A DNA stretch of 64,000 nt. Source: Planctomycetota bacterium. GTDB taxonomy: Bacteria; Planctomycetota; Planctomycetia; Pirellulales; UBA1268. Positions 11,318 through 20,479 of this stretch are shown one piece after another; the stretch's first letter is position 1; each line of letters begins with the position of its first letter. A model generated the notes under the pieces. It searched no databases and had not been told where the DNA came from. It worked only from the letters and a program-made list of their open reading frames with translations. The DNA lies in NCBI GenBank assembly GCA_003670915.1, contig QWQH01000017.1:7845-71844 (forward strand). The letters are read 5' to 3'. The translations under genes were made by a program, and so were the position numbers.

Positions 11318-14300
11318 ATGCGTATCGTTGAGCCAATCCATAAGGCGAGGGCCGTACCCGTGCTCTTTCGGACTCTGATACTCGTTTTTTTAGGGATGGT
11401 TCCGGCGGCCGTCAGTGCGACCGATGAACTTTCTGCGAGCATTCTGCCTGTGCTCGCTCGACACTGCATCGGTTGCCACAGCGGTGCTGCGGCGAAAGGC
11501 GGGCTCAATCTGGCGACCGATGCATCGGCGGCACTTGCTCCAGCGATGAGCGACATCGCACGATTGGACATAATCGCGGATCGCTTGGGTTCGCACACGA
11601 TGCCTCCACCCGAGAGCGATGCGCCGCTTGGCGATGCAGACCGAGGCTTGCTTCTGACTTGGATTGAATCGCAGATCGATCGGAGGCTTGCGGGCCAGGC
11701 CAATCCGGGTTCTGTCACGATTCGGCGTCTCACTCGCATCGATTACCGCAATACCATTCGTGATCTGTTGGACTGTGGAGTGGATGTCAGCGCGTTTCCG
11801 TCGGATGATGTGGCCCATGGATTCGACAATCTAGCCGACATGATCTCGCTTCCGCCGCTGCTGATGGAACGCTACACCGATGCTGCCCAACGCGTCGCTC
11901 AGCAGTGGTGTATTCGCACGCTCGGCGAAGGGCATGCCTTGCATCCATCGCCCGAACAGACACCACAGCAACGCGCTCTCAAGATTCTCATCCCACTCGT
12001 GTCGCGTGCCTTTCGCCGGCCAATCACGCCGCTCGAAGAACAGTCTGTCCGTAGCTTTTTTGACCAGTGCATGCAGGACTCGTTTCGCTTTGACGAAGCG
12101 ATGCAGGCCAGCGTGACGCGAATTTTGATTTCCCCACAGTTTCTCTACCGGATCGAAAAAGACGGGCCAATTGGCCAAGACTCCGCACTCAACGATTTTG
12201 AATTAGCCTCGCGATTGTCCTACTTTCTATGGAGCAGCATGCCCGACGAGGCGTTGTTTCACCTCGCCGAACAGGGGCAACTCCAGCGAGGAGACAACCT
12301 CCAGCAGCAAGTCAAACGGATGCTGCGAGACCCAAAGTTGCGGCATGGTTTGGTCGAGAATTTCGTCGGGCAATGGCTTCAAACGAAGCGGCTGCGCGCC
12401 ATCCGCCCGGATCCAAAGGCGTTTCCTGAATTCGACGAACCGCTTCGCATCGCCATGGAGGAAGAAACCTTCCGGCTATTCGAGGCGATCCTTCACGATG
12501 AGCTCCCCTTCACAGATCTCTTGGACGCTGACTACACGTTTGTCAATCAACGCCTAGCCAGGCATTACGGCATTGCCGGCATCGAGGGGGATGCATTCCA
12601 GCGAGTAAGCCTGGCAGGTCTACCGCGACGCGGGGTGTTAACCCATGCTGGAATTCTGGCGATCAACTCCCATCCGCTGCAGACCTCACCCGTGCTGCGA
12701 GGAAAATGGATCATGGCAGCCATCTTGGGAACTCCTCCACCGCCGCCGCCGGCTGGCGTTCCTGATTTAGCGGTGGTGGATGCCAGCGCGACGCTCCGTC
12801 AGCGAATGGAAATGCATCGCGCTCACACGAACTGCGCGTCGTGCCATGCGAGAATGGATGCACTCGGTCTATCGCTGGAGAACTTCGATGCGATCGGAGC
12901 GTGGCGAACCACGGACGGTAGTCTTTCGATTGATCCAACCGGTACTCTGCCCGATGGCGGAACGTTCAAAAACGCCATCGAATTGACGAGTTTGCTGCGA
13001 GAGAAGTACTCCGGAGCCCTGCGTAACACTCTGGCTCATTCCATGACAGTCTACGCTCTCGGACGGACGCTTGGCATGTACGATCGGCTTCCGCTGCGTC
13101 GCATCATCGCCCGCGTGACTCACGACAACGATCGCCTCTCCACCCTCATCATCGCGATCGTGGACAGCGATTTCTTTGGCCAGCGGCATAACTCTGGGCG
13201 CATTGCCGCCGAAAATTGTCCCGAGCCGTTTCATGTTGATATCAGCGGTAATCCCGATCAGCAATCGATTCTGACGGTGCGAGCCAACGCTCAGGCCAAT
13301 CATCCACTCGAACAAGAAGTCTCTTTTGAGCTCCATACGCTCAAGCCTTTGCTGCATGCCTCCACTCGCAGTGGACGTGCTGTGGGTGTGGGCAAGGCCG
13401 TCGGTGGAACCGAACCCAAGCAGGTATTTCGGTATTCGATCACAGTCCCGGTTGATGAGCCGGTGAGTCTGTCGTTTCTCCAAGGGATCATTGGGCAACA
13501 AGAATACAGCGACGATTTCCTGAAGGGGATCGCATTCGTGCCCCCATCTGACGAGGATCGCATTCTCGATATTGCTCAATCATCGCATGGCTGGAATGGC
13601 TCGTGGAACGGCTCATTGATTGGGCCATCCAACATTCGCCCGGGGACGCTTCTCGCGTTTGATTTCGATGTCGACCTTGTCGCCAAACAGTCTGCCAGTT
13701 GCGAAGTGTTTTTAGCCACACCGGGCGGTGTGAATTCATCCATGATTTCCAACTCAGGGCCGTTTCGCATTCAGGGCGAGGGCAAGCATCGCTTGACTCA
13801 AGTCGGCATTCGAAACGCTACGACTCACGATGCTTGGAATAGCAACATCACGCTGGTGATTCACTCACGAACCCAAACGGTCATCAGTAATGTGTCTCCC
13901 ATTCACGCGATTCGTCCTCAGTTGGGAGTGAGTGATACAAGTCCTATCAGATTCGAGCCCGTTGCCATCAACACGGCCGCGGTGTCAGCGGAGCGTCACG
14001 TGAGGAATGCACAGAAGGCAACGCTGACCGACCAGAAAAACTCTGTGTGGCGATCGGTGCTGTATGGGATGTGTCGCGTGGCCAGCGATCCAAAACGTGT
14101 GTATCTCACTACGACGGAACACGTCGGCGTTGAATTCATCGGCGAGCATGCTGCCCATTTTACGTTCGTTGGAAAAAATGCGACCGACACAGGAAACGGC
14201 CTGGCGTTGATAGGAGAGGACGGCAAGCCTGGGCTTGAAGGCGGCAGCGAACCGGAGACGGAGGCATTTCAGGTGGCTTTTCGAGGGGCTGCCACTGTTG

Positions 14301-14431
14301 GAACGTACCGCGCAATCGTGCGAGTCGTGACGCAGGCAGGGAATACAGGTGTCCCATCCAGTGGGAATCGCGGGGAGCCGCAGGCAGGCTTTTATTCAGT
14401 GAACATTCCCGTGGAGGTAATAGTTCAATAG
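11318..14431 (+). CDS. Secreted planctomycete multi-domain protein, DUF1587/DUF1592/DUF1595/DUF1588/DUF1585-type with N-terminal CxxCH, plus a ~410-aa C-terminal extension
   Basis: Signal-like N-terminus, then LARHCIGCHSG (CxxCH), YRNTIRDLL, FLWSSMPDEALF, TFVNQRLARHYGI and CASCHARMDALGLSLENFDAIGAWR. The paralogue at 49829 ends where this protein reads ...SDFFGQRH (about nt 13190). The remaining ~410 aa are extra. Confidence 0.85.
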   Translation: MRIVEPIHKARAVPVLFRTLILVFLGMVPAAVSATDELSASILPVLARHCIGCHSGAAAKGGLNLATDASAALAPAMSDIARLDIIADRLGSHTMPPPESDAPLGDADRGLLLTWIESQIDRRLAGQANPGSVTIRRLTRIDYRNTIRDLLDCGVDVSAFPSDDVAHGFDNLADMISLPPLLMERYTDAAQRVAQQWCIRTLGEGHALHPSPEQTPQQRALKILIPLVSRAFRRPITPLEEQSVRSFFDQCMQDSFRFDEAMQASVTRILISPQFLYRIEKDGPIGQDSALNDFELASRLSYFLWSSMPDEALFHLAEQGQLQRGDNLQQQVKRMLRDPKLRHGLVENFVGQWLQTKRLRAIRPDPKAFPEFDEPLRIAMEEETFRLFEAILHDELPFTDLLDADYTFVNQRLARHYGIAGIEGDAFQRVSLAGLPRRGVLTHAGILAINSHPLQTSPVLRGKWIMAAILGTPPPPPPAGVPDLAVVDASATLRQRMEMHRAHTNCASCHARMDALGLSLENFDAIGAWRTTDGSLSIDPTGTLPDGGTFKNAIELTSLLREKYSGALRNTLAHSMTVYALGRTLGMYDRLPLRRIIARVTHDNDRLSTLIIAIVDSDFFGQRHNSGRIAAENCPEPFHVDISGNPDQQSILTVRANAQANHPLEQEVSFELHTLKPLLHASTRSGRAVGVGKAVGGTEPKQVFRYSITVPVDEPVSLSFLQGIIGQQEYSDDFLKGIAFVPPSDEDRILDIAQSSHGWNGSWNGSLIGPSNIRPGTLLAFDFDVDLVAKQSASCEVFLATPGGVNSSMISNSGPFRIQGEGKHRLTQVGIRNATTHDAWNSNITLVIHSRTQTVISNVSPIHAIRPQLGVSDTSPIRFEPVAINTAAVSAERHVRNAQKATLTDQKNSVWRSVLYGMCRVASDPKRVYLTTTEHVGVEFIGEHAAHFTFVGKNATDTGNGLALIGEDGKPGLEGGSEPETEAFQVAFRGAATVGTYRAIVRVVTQAGNTGVPSSGNRGEPQAGFYSVNIPVEVIVQ

Positions 14432-14543
14432 CCTTCACGACGGGCTCAATGCAAGCTCTCAGTGAAGCCCGTGGTGTCGCATGTGTCGATGATGTGCAAA
14501 CGGATCGAAGGATTGTGTTCCACACTTGCCAAGGAAAGCTCTT

Positions 14544-15911
14544 ATGAAAAATCTGTCACGGCGAACCTTGTTGCGAGGAAACTTGTTGGGAGGAGCCGGA
14601 GTGGCCCTGGGGCTTCCGTTATTGGAGGCGATGCAGCACCGATCGACGGCGAGAGCCGCGGCCACCTCTGCGGCCACTCAACGCGTGGCATTTCTGTATG
14701 TCCCGAACGGCATCGTTCACGACGCATGGAAGCCAACGACCACTGATGCCAACTACGTGCTGCCATCTAGTCTCGAACCGCTTGCAGGCATCAAAGACGA
14801 TGTGCTCGTCCTGACAGGTCTCTCGCAGATCCCCTATAGCACGCGAGGCGGTGTGGGGCATGCCCTTCCAACAGCCGCCCTGTTAACTGGTGCGGTTGCA
14901 AGCAAAGACCGAATCCAAGTTGGCAAGTCGATCGATCAGGTGATCGCCGACCGAATCGGAGGGGATTCGAAATTGAAATCACTCGAATTGTCGATTCGTG
15001 GATCCAACTCGGCTGGGCATTGCGACGGGGAATATAGCTGTGCGTATAGCACGATGATTTCCTATCGGAACGCACACTCCCCGAATCCAACCGACAATAA
15101 TCCCAGGAGCGTGTTTCGGAGGATTTGCGGCGAACGCGGACAGGTCGCGAATGTCGGAGAACCTACGCGGCAGGAAGAACTTCGCACGCGCGTGCTTGAC
15201 TCTGTTCTGGCGGAGGCCCGCCGGCTGCATCGTACGCTCGGCACTGCCGATAGGCACAAGCTCGATGAATACATCTATTCAGTTGCAGAACTCGAACGCC
15301 GTATCCAACGCATGGCATTGCCAGTTGCAGCAGGCCGGTCGCCGCAACGTTTTGTGTTGGCAGACCAGGTGCCAGATCAGGAGCCATCGGATTTCGGCGA
15401 GCACGTGCGGGTGATGGGAGACCTCATGGTGTTGGCTTTTCAGACCGACGCAACCCGAGTGTGCACGTTCATGTTTTCCGTGGCTGCGGGTGGTCAGACG
15501 TATCCAATGCTAGGCATCCAGGAAGGCCATCACGAGTTGTCCCATCACGGTGGCAACGAGGAAAAACTTGCCAAGCTTCGAAAGATTGATCGGTACAACG
15601 TGTCGCTTTTTGCGTCCATTGTGGAGCGTTTGAAGATGGTTCGCGAAGGGAATCAAACCCTGCTCGACAACTCCATCATTTACTACGGGAGTGGACTTGG
15701 GAATGGGAATTCGCACACACCATTCGATCTCCCAGTGCTCGTTGCAGGCCGAGGTGGGGGCACTCTGAGTACCGGCCGGCATCTTCGTTTGCCGATGCAT
15801 ACTTCATTAAATAATTTATGGCTCACCGTACTCAACGCCATGGACACCCCGACCGAAAAATTTGGGGACAGTAGCGGACGGCTGCCGATTGAGGGCCCGA
15901 TTGAAAGGTAA
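14544..15911 (+). CDS. DUF1552-family protein with twin-arginine signal
   Basis: The ATG at 14544 is preceded by AAGGAAAG. MKNLSRRTLLRGNLLGGAGVALGLPLLEA is Tat-type, and the HELSHHGGNEEKLAKLRKIDRY motif is present. It sits directly downstream of the DUF1592-type gene. Confidence 0.85.
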   Translation: MKNLSRRTLLRGNLLGGAGVALGLPLLEAMQHRSTARAAATSAATQRVAFLYVPNGIVHDAWKPTTTDANYVLPSSLEPLAGIKDDVLVLTGLSQIPYSTRGGVGHALPTAALLTGAVASKDRIQVGKSIDQVIADRIGGDSKLKSLELSIRGSNSAGHCDGEYSCAYSTMISYRNAHSPNPTDNNPRSVFRRICGERGQVANVGEPTRQEELRTRVLDSVLAEARRLHRTLGTADRHKLDEYIYSVAELERRIQRMALPVAAGRSPQRFVLADQVPDQEPSDFGEHVRVMGDLMVLAFQTDATRVCTFMFSVAAGGQTYPMLGIQEGHHELSHHGGNEEKLAKLRKIDRYNVSLFASIVERLKMVREGNQTLLDNSIIYYGSGLGNGNSHTPFDLPVLVAGRGGGTLSTGRHLRLPMHTSLNNLWLTVLNAMDTPTEKFGDSSGRLPIEGPIER

Positions 15912-16065
15912 TCCTCATGCCCGGATGACCCGCGTCTTCAGCCAGCGAGGATGGGTGGAGGCAGGCTTAAAAGCTCCAGAAGTGGAATGCACAGTGATTC
16001 TCAACAGTCGTTGTCATCGCGGATTGTGCCGAAAATGCTGCCACAGCACTCTTTTTTGCGGTGTG

Positions 16066-16094
16066 TTGACACAGGGCGGTGCGACCTTTAGATT
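16066..16094 (+). promoter_or_regulatory. Candidate sigma-70-type promoter of the S10 operon
   Basis: TTGACA (16066-16071), a 17-nt spacer, then TAGATT (16089-16094). This is about 250 nt upstream of rpsJ, in a 430-nt non-coding gap. Confidence 0.35.
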
Positions 16095-16132
16095 CGTCGC
16101 TCCATTCCGCAGCGACGCCCGCGGCAACGAGT

Positions 16133-16181
16133 GCCTCCGGATGACGTCGCGAAAAGTGCCTTTTCGGAGGCCATTTTTCGG
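16133..16181 (+). terminator. Terminator/attenuator-like hairpin in the rpsJ leader
   Basis: GCCTCCG (16133-39) pairs with CGGAGGC (16165-71). An inner CGAAAAG (16150-56) pairs with CTTTTCG (16160-66), leaving a 10-nt bulge. The hairpin is followed by CATTTTTCGG. Confidence 0.3.
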
Positions 16182-16301
16182 TCTTGTAGGGCATTTGCCC
16201 GGGCTAGACTGCGATCGCTTGGATCCCGAAACGATTCGGTTATTCTGTTTTTGTTTGGATGGTTGAATGTCGATGATTGGCGTGATTGTGTCCTGATTTT
16301 G

Positions 16302-16336
16302 TTTGAATTCTTTGAACTGACTTGAACTGACTTGGA
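16302..16336 (+). repeat. Tandem 10-nt repeat abutting the rpsJ Shine-Dalgarno
   Basis: TTGAACTGAC occurs at 16312-16321 and 16322-16331. It is flanked by degenerate copies (TTGAATTCT before, TTGGAG after), and the last copy supplies GGAG 7 nt before the GTG start. Confidence 0.7.
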
Positions 16337-16344
16337 GTTTTGCC

Positions 16345-16671
16345 GTGGCTGGTCCGACGCAGGAAATCATCCGCATTCGCATGGAGGCTTACGACCACTC
16401 CGTGCTCGATCAGAGTGCGGCAGAGATCGTAGACACTGCTAAGCGTACGAATTCTGAAGTGCATGGCCCCATTCCGCTCCCCACGCGGATTGAGCGGTAC
16501 ACGGTGCTTTCCAGCCCGCACGTCGATAAGAAGGCACGTCAGCAATACGAAATTCGGACGCACAAGCGCGTGATCGACATCGTGCAGGCAACAGCCAAAA
16601 CAATCGAAGCGCTCAACAAACTGAGCCTTCCCGCTGGAGTGGATATCAAAATTAAGGCTTCTTCGCGGTAG
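16345..16671 (+). CDS. rpsJ: 30S ribosomal protein S10
   Basis: GTG start. [39 protein letters not shown]...[12 protein letters not shown]. Confidence 0.97.
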   Translation: MAGPTQEIIRIRMEAYDHSVLDQSAAEIVDTAKRTNSEVHGPIPLPTRIERYTVLSSPHVDKKARQQYEIRTHKRVIDIVQATAKTIEALNKLSLPAGVDIKIKASSR

Positions 16672-16823
16672 TTCTGCGGAGAAGAGGAAAGCAATCAGTA
16701 GTTTTTAAGTAGTCGTTTTTAAGGAGCGCACGAAACAGCATGCTTGGACGGCGTTAGTGGGTAAGACTTGGCAACTGCCCAAGTGCTCCCAGAGCCACAA
16801 GACCTGTCTCGACGGCGATACCA

Positions 16824-17660
16824 ATGGCGGAACACGGAATGGCTGGACAGACTGAGCAGGTTCGAAAGACGGTGAGCCAAAAGGCTGGCCAAAAAATTGC
16901 TGGACCCGCTCTGAAAGGCCGCAAGGGATTGCTTGGCCGCAAAGTCGGAATGACGCAGATTTTTGAGGCTGACGGCACGGCGGTGCCGGTCACTGTGATC
17001 GAGGCAGGCCCGTGCCCCGTGGTGGTGGTCCGTTCGGTCGAGCGGGATGGCTACTGCGCTGTGCAACTTGGATTTTTAGACAAGCCTCGCCGCCTGGCAG
17101 GCCGCTCGCTGCGAGGCCAAGTCGCAAAACTCGACAGCAAGCGAAGTCGGCGGTTGACCGAAGGCGGTGCGGCCTTACCGGCCAAGGCCAACTGTGAGCC
17201 GCAGCGATTCATGCGAGAGTTTCGTGGGGTCTACGACGGCGTTGAGGTCGGTCATGTGCTCACCGTTGAACTGTTTGATGGGGTGCCCTCGGTTGATGTT
17301 ACAGGCACATCCAAGGGTCGCGGCACGGCGGGCGTTATGAAGAGGCACGGCTTCAGTGGCCAGCGAGCCTCTCACGGCGTCAAGAAGGTGCATCGCCATC
17401 AGGGAGGCACCGGGATGAATACGTCGCCGGGCCGTGTGTTTAAGGGAAAGCGAATGGCGGGCCGCTTTGGAAATGAACGCTCAACCATGCGGAACCTCAA
17501 GTTGGTGCGAGTGGATCGCGAACGCAATCTTTTGCTCGTGCGAGGGGCTATCCCAGGCCCCAATGGCAGCTATGTGGTGGTGCAACAGACTAATGTGCTC
17601 AAGAGAATTGCCGATCCATCGATCGCTCTATCAACAAAGAAAAAGGCGGGTGCCAAGTGA
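16824..17660 (+). CDS. rplC: 50S ribosomal protein L3 (with ~40-aa N-terminal extension)
   Basis: GLLGRKVGMTQIFEADGTAVPVTVIEAGPC... The frame is closed by TAG at 16755, so the start is the ATG at 16824 (or 16839). Confidence 0.95.
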   Translation: MAEHGMAGQTEQVRKTVSQKAGQKIAGPALKGRKGLLGRKVGMTQIFEADGTAVPVTVIEAGPCPVVVVRSVERDGYCAVQLGFLDKPRRLAGRSLRGQVAKLDSKRSRRLTEGGAALPAKANCEPQRFMREFRGVYDGVEVGHVLTVELFDGVPSVDVTGTSKGRGTAGVMKRHGFSGQRASHGVKKVHRHQGGTGMNTSPGRVFKGKRMAGRFGNERSTMRNLKLVRVDRERNLLLVRGAIPGPNGSYVVVQQTNVLKRIADPSIALSTKKKAGAK

Positions 17661-18451
17661 ATCTTGCCGTCTACGATATCTCGGGCAAGCAGGTTGGCTC
17701 CTACGAGATCGACCCAGCTGAGTTGGCTTCCTCGGTAAGCAAGCAGTTGCTTCACGATGCGGTGGTGATGTATCAAGCCAACCTTCGTCAGGGCACGATG
17801 CGCACCAAGAATCGCGGTGAGGTGCGTGGTTCCACGAAAAAGCTGTATCGACAAAAGGGAACGGGCAACGCTCGTGCCGGTGGTCGTCGCAGCGGTACCC
17901 GTCGGGGCGGCGGTCATATTTTTGCCAAACGCCCTCGCGACTTCGGATGGCGCATGCCCAAAAAAGCGCTTCGTACGGCTACGCGGATGGCCTTGGCCGC
18001 ACGCCTGGCTGACGACGAGATTACGTTGGTCAACACTCTGGCGTTGGCTTCGCCTAAAACCGCAACCGTGGCAAGGCTTTTGAGTGCCTTGGGGCTAGGC
18101 GAGCACACCGTGCTTGTTTCTCCTGAAAAACACGACGAAAACCTATGGAGGAGCGCCCGCAACATTGAGGGTGTGTCGGTTGCGCCGGTGGGTGAACTCA
18201 ATGCGTATTCGATCTTGCGTCCACGCAAAATTCTGATGACCACAGGTGCCTTCGACGCATTTCGTGCGACGGTTTCGTCTCGGACAAAGCCACCGCTGGC
18301 GGAGTCCAAGCCCGCGATGCGATCCGCTGCCCGAAAGAAGTCCGTGTCGCCGAAGTCGGCGGCAGGAAAGAAGGCGGCTCCCAAAACGCGTTCCAAGCCG
18401 AGTGCGTTGGCTGCCTCAACTGCGGCTTCCAAGCTCGGGAAGGGGAAGTAG
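17657..18451 (+). CDS. rplD: 50S ribosomal protein L4 (with ~60-aa Lys/Ala/Ser/Pro-rich C-terminal tail)
   Basis: The GTG at 17657 overlaps the rplC stop (GTGA). KKLYRQKGTGNARAGGRRSGTRRGGGHIFAKRPRDF. Confidence 0.95.
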   Translation: MNLAVYDISGKQVGSYEIDPAELASSVSKQLLHDAVVMYQANLRQGTMRTKNRGEVRGSTKKLYRQKGTGNARAGGRRSGTRRGGGHIFAKRPRDFGWRMPKKALRTATRMALAARLADDEITLVNTLALASPKTATVARLLSALGLGEHTVLVSPEKHDENLWRSARNIEGVSVAPVGELNAYSILRPRKILMTTGAFDAFRATVSSRTKPPLAESKPAMRSAARKKSVSPKSAAGKKAAPKTRSKPSALAASTAASKLGKGK

Positions 18452-18454
18452 TTT

Positions 18455-18775
18455 ATGTCAGTACCGGTTCCTCCAGCACCTAGTTTTACCGCAAGGCTTA
18501 CGCCCCATCAGGTGATTGTGCGACCGCTCATTACCGAAAAGGGGATGCACAGGGCCAACCGTCACAACGCCTACGCCTTTGAGGTGGTTCGCGAAGCGAA
18601 TAAAGCCGATGTCCGGCGGGCCGTGGAAGAACTGTTCAACGTGAAGGTAGAGAAGGTCGCCGTTCAAAATCGTATTGGAAAGGCCGGCCGCAGTCGCATG
18701 CGTCGCACCAGCACCAAGGCTTGGAAGAAGGCAATCGTTACTCTCAAGCCGGAATTCAAGATCAACCTGTTCTAG
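18455..18775 (+). CDS. rplW: 50S ribosomal protein L23
   Basis: [49 protein letters not shown]. Confidence 0.95.
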   Translation: MSVPVPPAPSFTARLTPHQVIVRPLITEKGMHRANRHNAYAFEVVREANKADVRRAVEELFNVKVEKVAVQNRIGKAGRSRMRRTSTKAWKKAIVTLKPEFKINLF

Positions 18776-18798
18776 TCTTTCAATCAGCAGCAATATCA

Positions 18799-19656
18799 AT
18801 GGGCATTCGAACATACAATCCAACCAGTGCTGGCCGTCGCAACGCCAGTGTCTCTGATTTTGCCGAGCTTTCGCGCGGCGCCGAGTCGCCCAAGAGCCTT
18901 CGCGTGCGCAAGCACAAGACCGGCGGCCGCAATAACCAGGGTAAAATCACGTCTCGGCATCGTGGCGGCGGCCACATGCAGCATTACAGGCTCGTTGATT
19001 TCCGTCGCAATAAAGATGGCGTGCCAGGGAAAATCGACTCCATTCAATACGACCCAAATCGCACCTGTCGCGTGGCTCTTGTGCATTACGCTGACGGCGA
19101 AAAGCGTTTTATTCTCGCGCCCGAAGGGCTTGTTGCAGGATCGACTGTTCAAAGTGGTCCTTCAGCACCGCCCGAGGTTGGAAACTGCCTGCCGATGTCG
19201 GCTATTCCGCTGGGCATGCAGATTCACAATATTGAATTGCAGGCGGGTCGTGGCGGGCGGTTGTGCCGATCGGCTGGCTCGTCTGCCGTGCTTGTGGCTC
19301 GAGAATCGCAGTGGGCGCAGATTACTCTGCCCAGCGGCGAAATCCGGAGAGTTCCGGCCGACTGTCGTGCCACAATTGGCGCGATTGGCAACTCAGAGCA
19401 CATGAATGTTGTGCTTGGCAAAGCAGGCCGCAAGCGATGGATGGGCGTCCGTCCAACCGTTCGTGGCACGGCAATGAATCCAATTGATCATCCTCACGGC
19501 GGTGGTGAAGGCCGAACGAAGGGTGGTCGTCATCCCGTAAGCCCAACAGGTAAGAGCGCCAAGGGTGGTGGTACTCGCAAGCCAAGAAAGCCATCGGGCA
19601 CCAACATTATTCGCCGTCGTAAGAGCCGTCGTTACGGTCAACTCAAAATCCGTTAA
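18799..19656 (+). CDS. rplB: 50S ribosomal protein L2
   Basis: An internal ATG at 18799 gives [21 protein letters not shown]...[17 protein letters not shown]...[14 protein letters not shown]. Confidence 0.97.
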   Translation: MGIRTYNPTSAGRRNASVSDFAELSRGAESPKSLRVRKHKTGGRNNQGKITSRHRGGGHMQHYRLVDFRRNKDGVPGKIDSIQYDPNRTCRVALVHYADGEKRFILAPEGLVAGSTVQSGPSAPPEVGNCLPMSAIPLGMQIHNIELQAGRGGRLCRSAGSSAVLVARESQWAQITLPSGEIRRVPADCRATIGAIGNSEHMNVVLGKAGRKRWMGVRPTVRGTAMNPIDHPHGGGEGRTKGGRHPVSPTGKSAKGGGTRKPRKPSGTNIIRRRKSRRYGQLKIR

Positions 19657-19740
19657 GCCGTTTACTGAAGAGCAAAAAAACTACCGGCCTTCGGGCCTGT
19701 GCAGGAAAAGAGGGCAGGATACAAACTGCCGTAATACACT

Positions 19741-20043
19741 ATGGGACGTAGCGCAAAAAAAGGGCCGTACATCGATCCTCGCCTGTACGAAAAGGTAGAG
19801 GGGCAGCTTTCATCGGGAAGGCGCGACCCCATCAAGACGTGGGCTCGTGCCTGCACGGTCGTCCCGGAGTTTATCGGTCTCACGTTCATGGTTCATAATG
19901 GAAAGCAGCATCTGAAGGTTTTTGTCACAGAGGATATGGTTGGCCACAAACTCGGTGAGTTTTCCCCGACCCGCACGTTCCGCGGCCACGGTGGGCGAGT
20001 GAAGGAAGCGGCCCCACCTGCGGCCAAGGCCGCGGGTAAGTAA
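19741..20043 (+). CDS. rpsS: 30S ribosomal protein S19
   Basis: [15 protein letters not shown]...[34 protein letters not shown]. Confidence 0.97.
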   Translation: MGRSAKKGPYIDPRLYEKVEGQLSSGRRDPIKTWARACTVVPEFIGLTFMVHNGKQHLKVFVTEDMVGHKLGEFSPTRTFRGHGGRVKEAAPPAAKAAGK

Positions 20044-20107
20044 GTCGGTAAAGATCCTCTGCGTGAAGTGAAAGAAGCAGTTCAAAAAAAGTCCACTCAA
20101 ACAACAC

Positions 20108-20443
20108 ATGCGTTACACAGCCACTCATAAATACGCCCGGATCAGTGCTCGTAAAGTGCGGGCGTTGGCAGATCTCGTCCGCGGCAAATTTGCGGACGAC
20201 GCCCTTGATATTCTGCGGTTTCAGCCGCACCGTGGGGCTCGCATGCTCGAGAAGGTCATCAAGAGTGCGCTTGGCAATGCTGAGCACGCTCAGGCCACGG
20301 GCGTGGACGATCTGGTGGTGGTCGATGCTCGCATCGACGAAGGGCCAATGTTCAAGCGGATTCGTCCGAGGGCTCGCGGCATGGCGTTTGGGGTGAAGCG
20401 ACGGATGTCGCACATAAAAGTCGCACTCGACTCAGCTGAGTAA
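20108..20443 (+). CDS. rplV: 50S ribosomal protein L22
   Basis: ARISARKVRALADLVRGKFADDALDILRFQPHRGARMLEKVIKSALGNAEH. Confidence 0.96.
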   Translation: MRYTATHKYARISARKVRALADLVRGKFADDALDILRFQPHRGARMLEKVIKSALGNAEHAQATGVDDLVVVDARIDEGPMFKRIRPRARGMAFGVKRRMSHIKVALDSAE

Positions 20444-20479
20444 CTACAGAATCACAGTTTTTAAGAAGGCATTTTTCTC

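Noticed and set aside
15862-16382. ORFs 15862..16266 (+, 134 aa) and 16014..16382 (-, 122 aa) in the gap before rpsJ
   Set aside because: They overlap each other, have Cys/Arg-rich motif-less translations, and cover the promoter- and hairpin-containing leader. This is better explained as non-coding regulatory DNA.
16721-16757. AAGGAG followed by a mini-ORF ATG CTT GGA CGG CGT TAG (MLGRR*) in the rpsJ-rplC spacer, in the same frame as rplC
   Set aside because: The SD-to-ATG spacing is 13 nt, which is too long. The peptide is 5 aa, and its resemblance to the L3 GLLGRK motif is probably chance. I have no basis to call it a leader peptide or a readthrough event.
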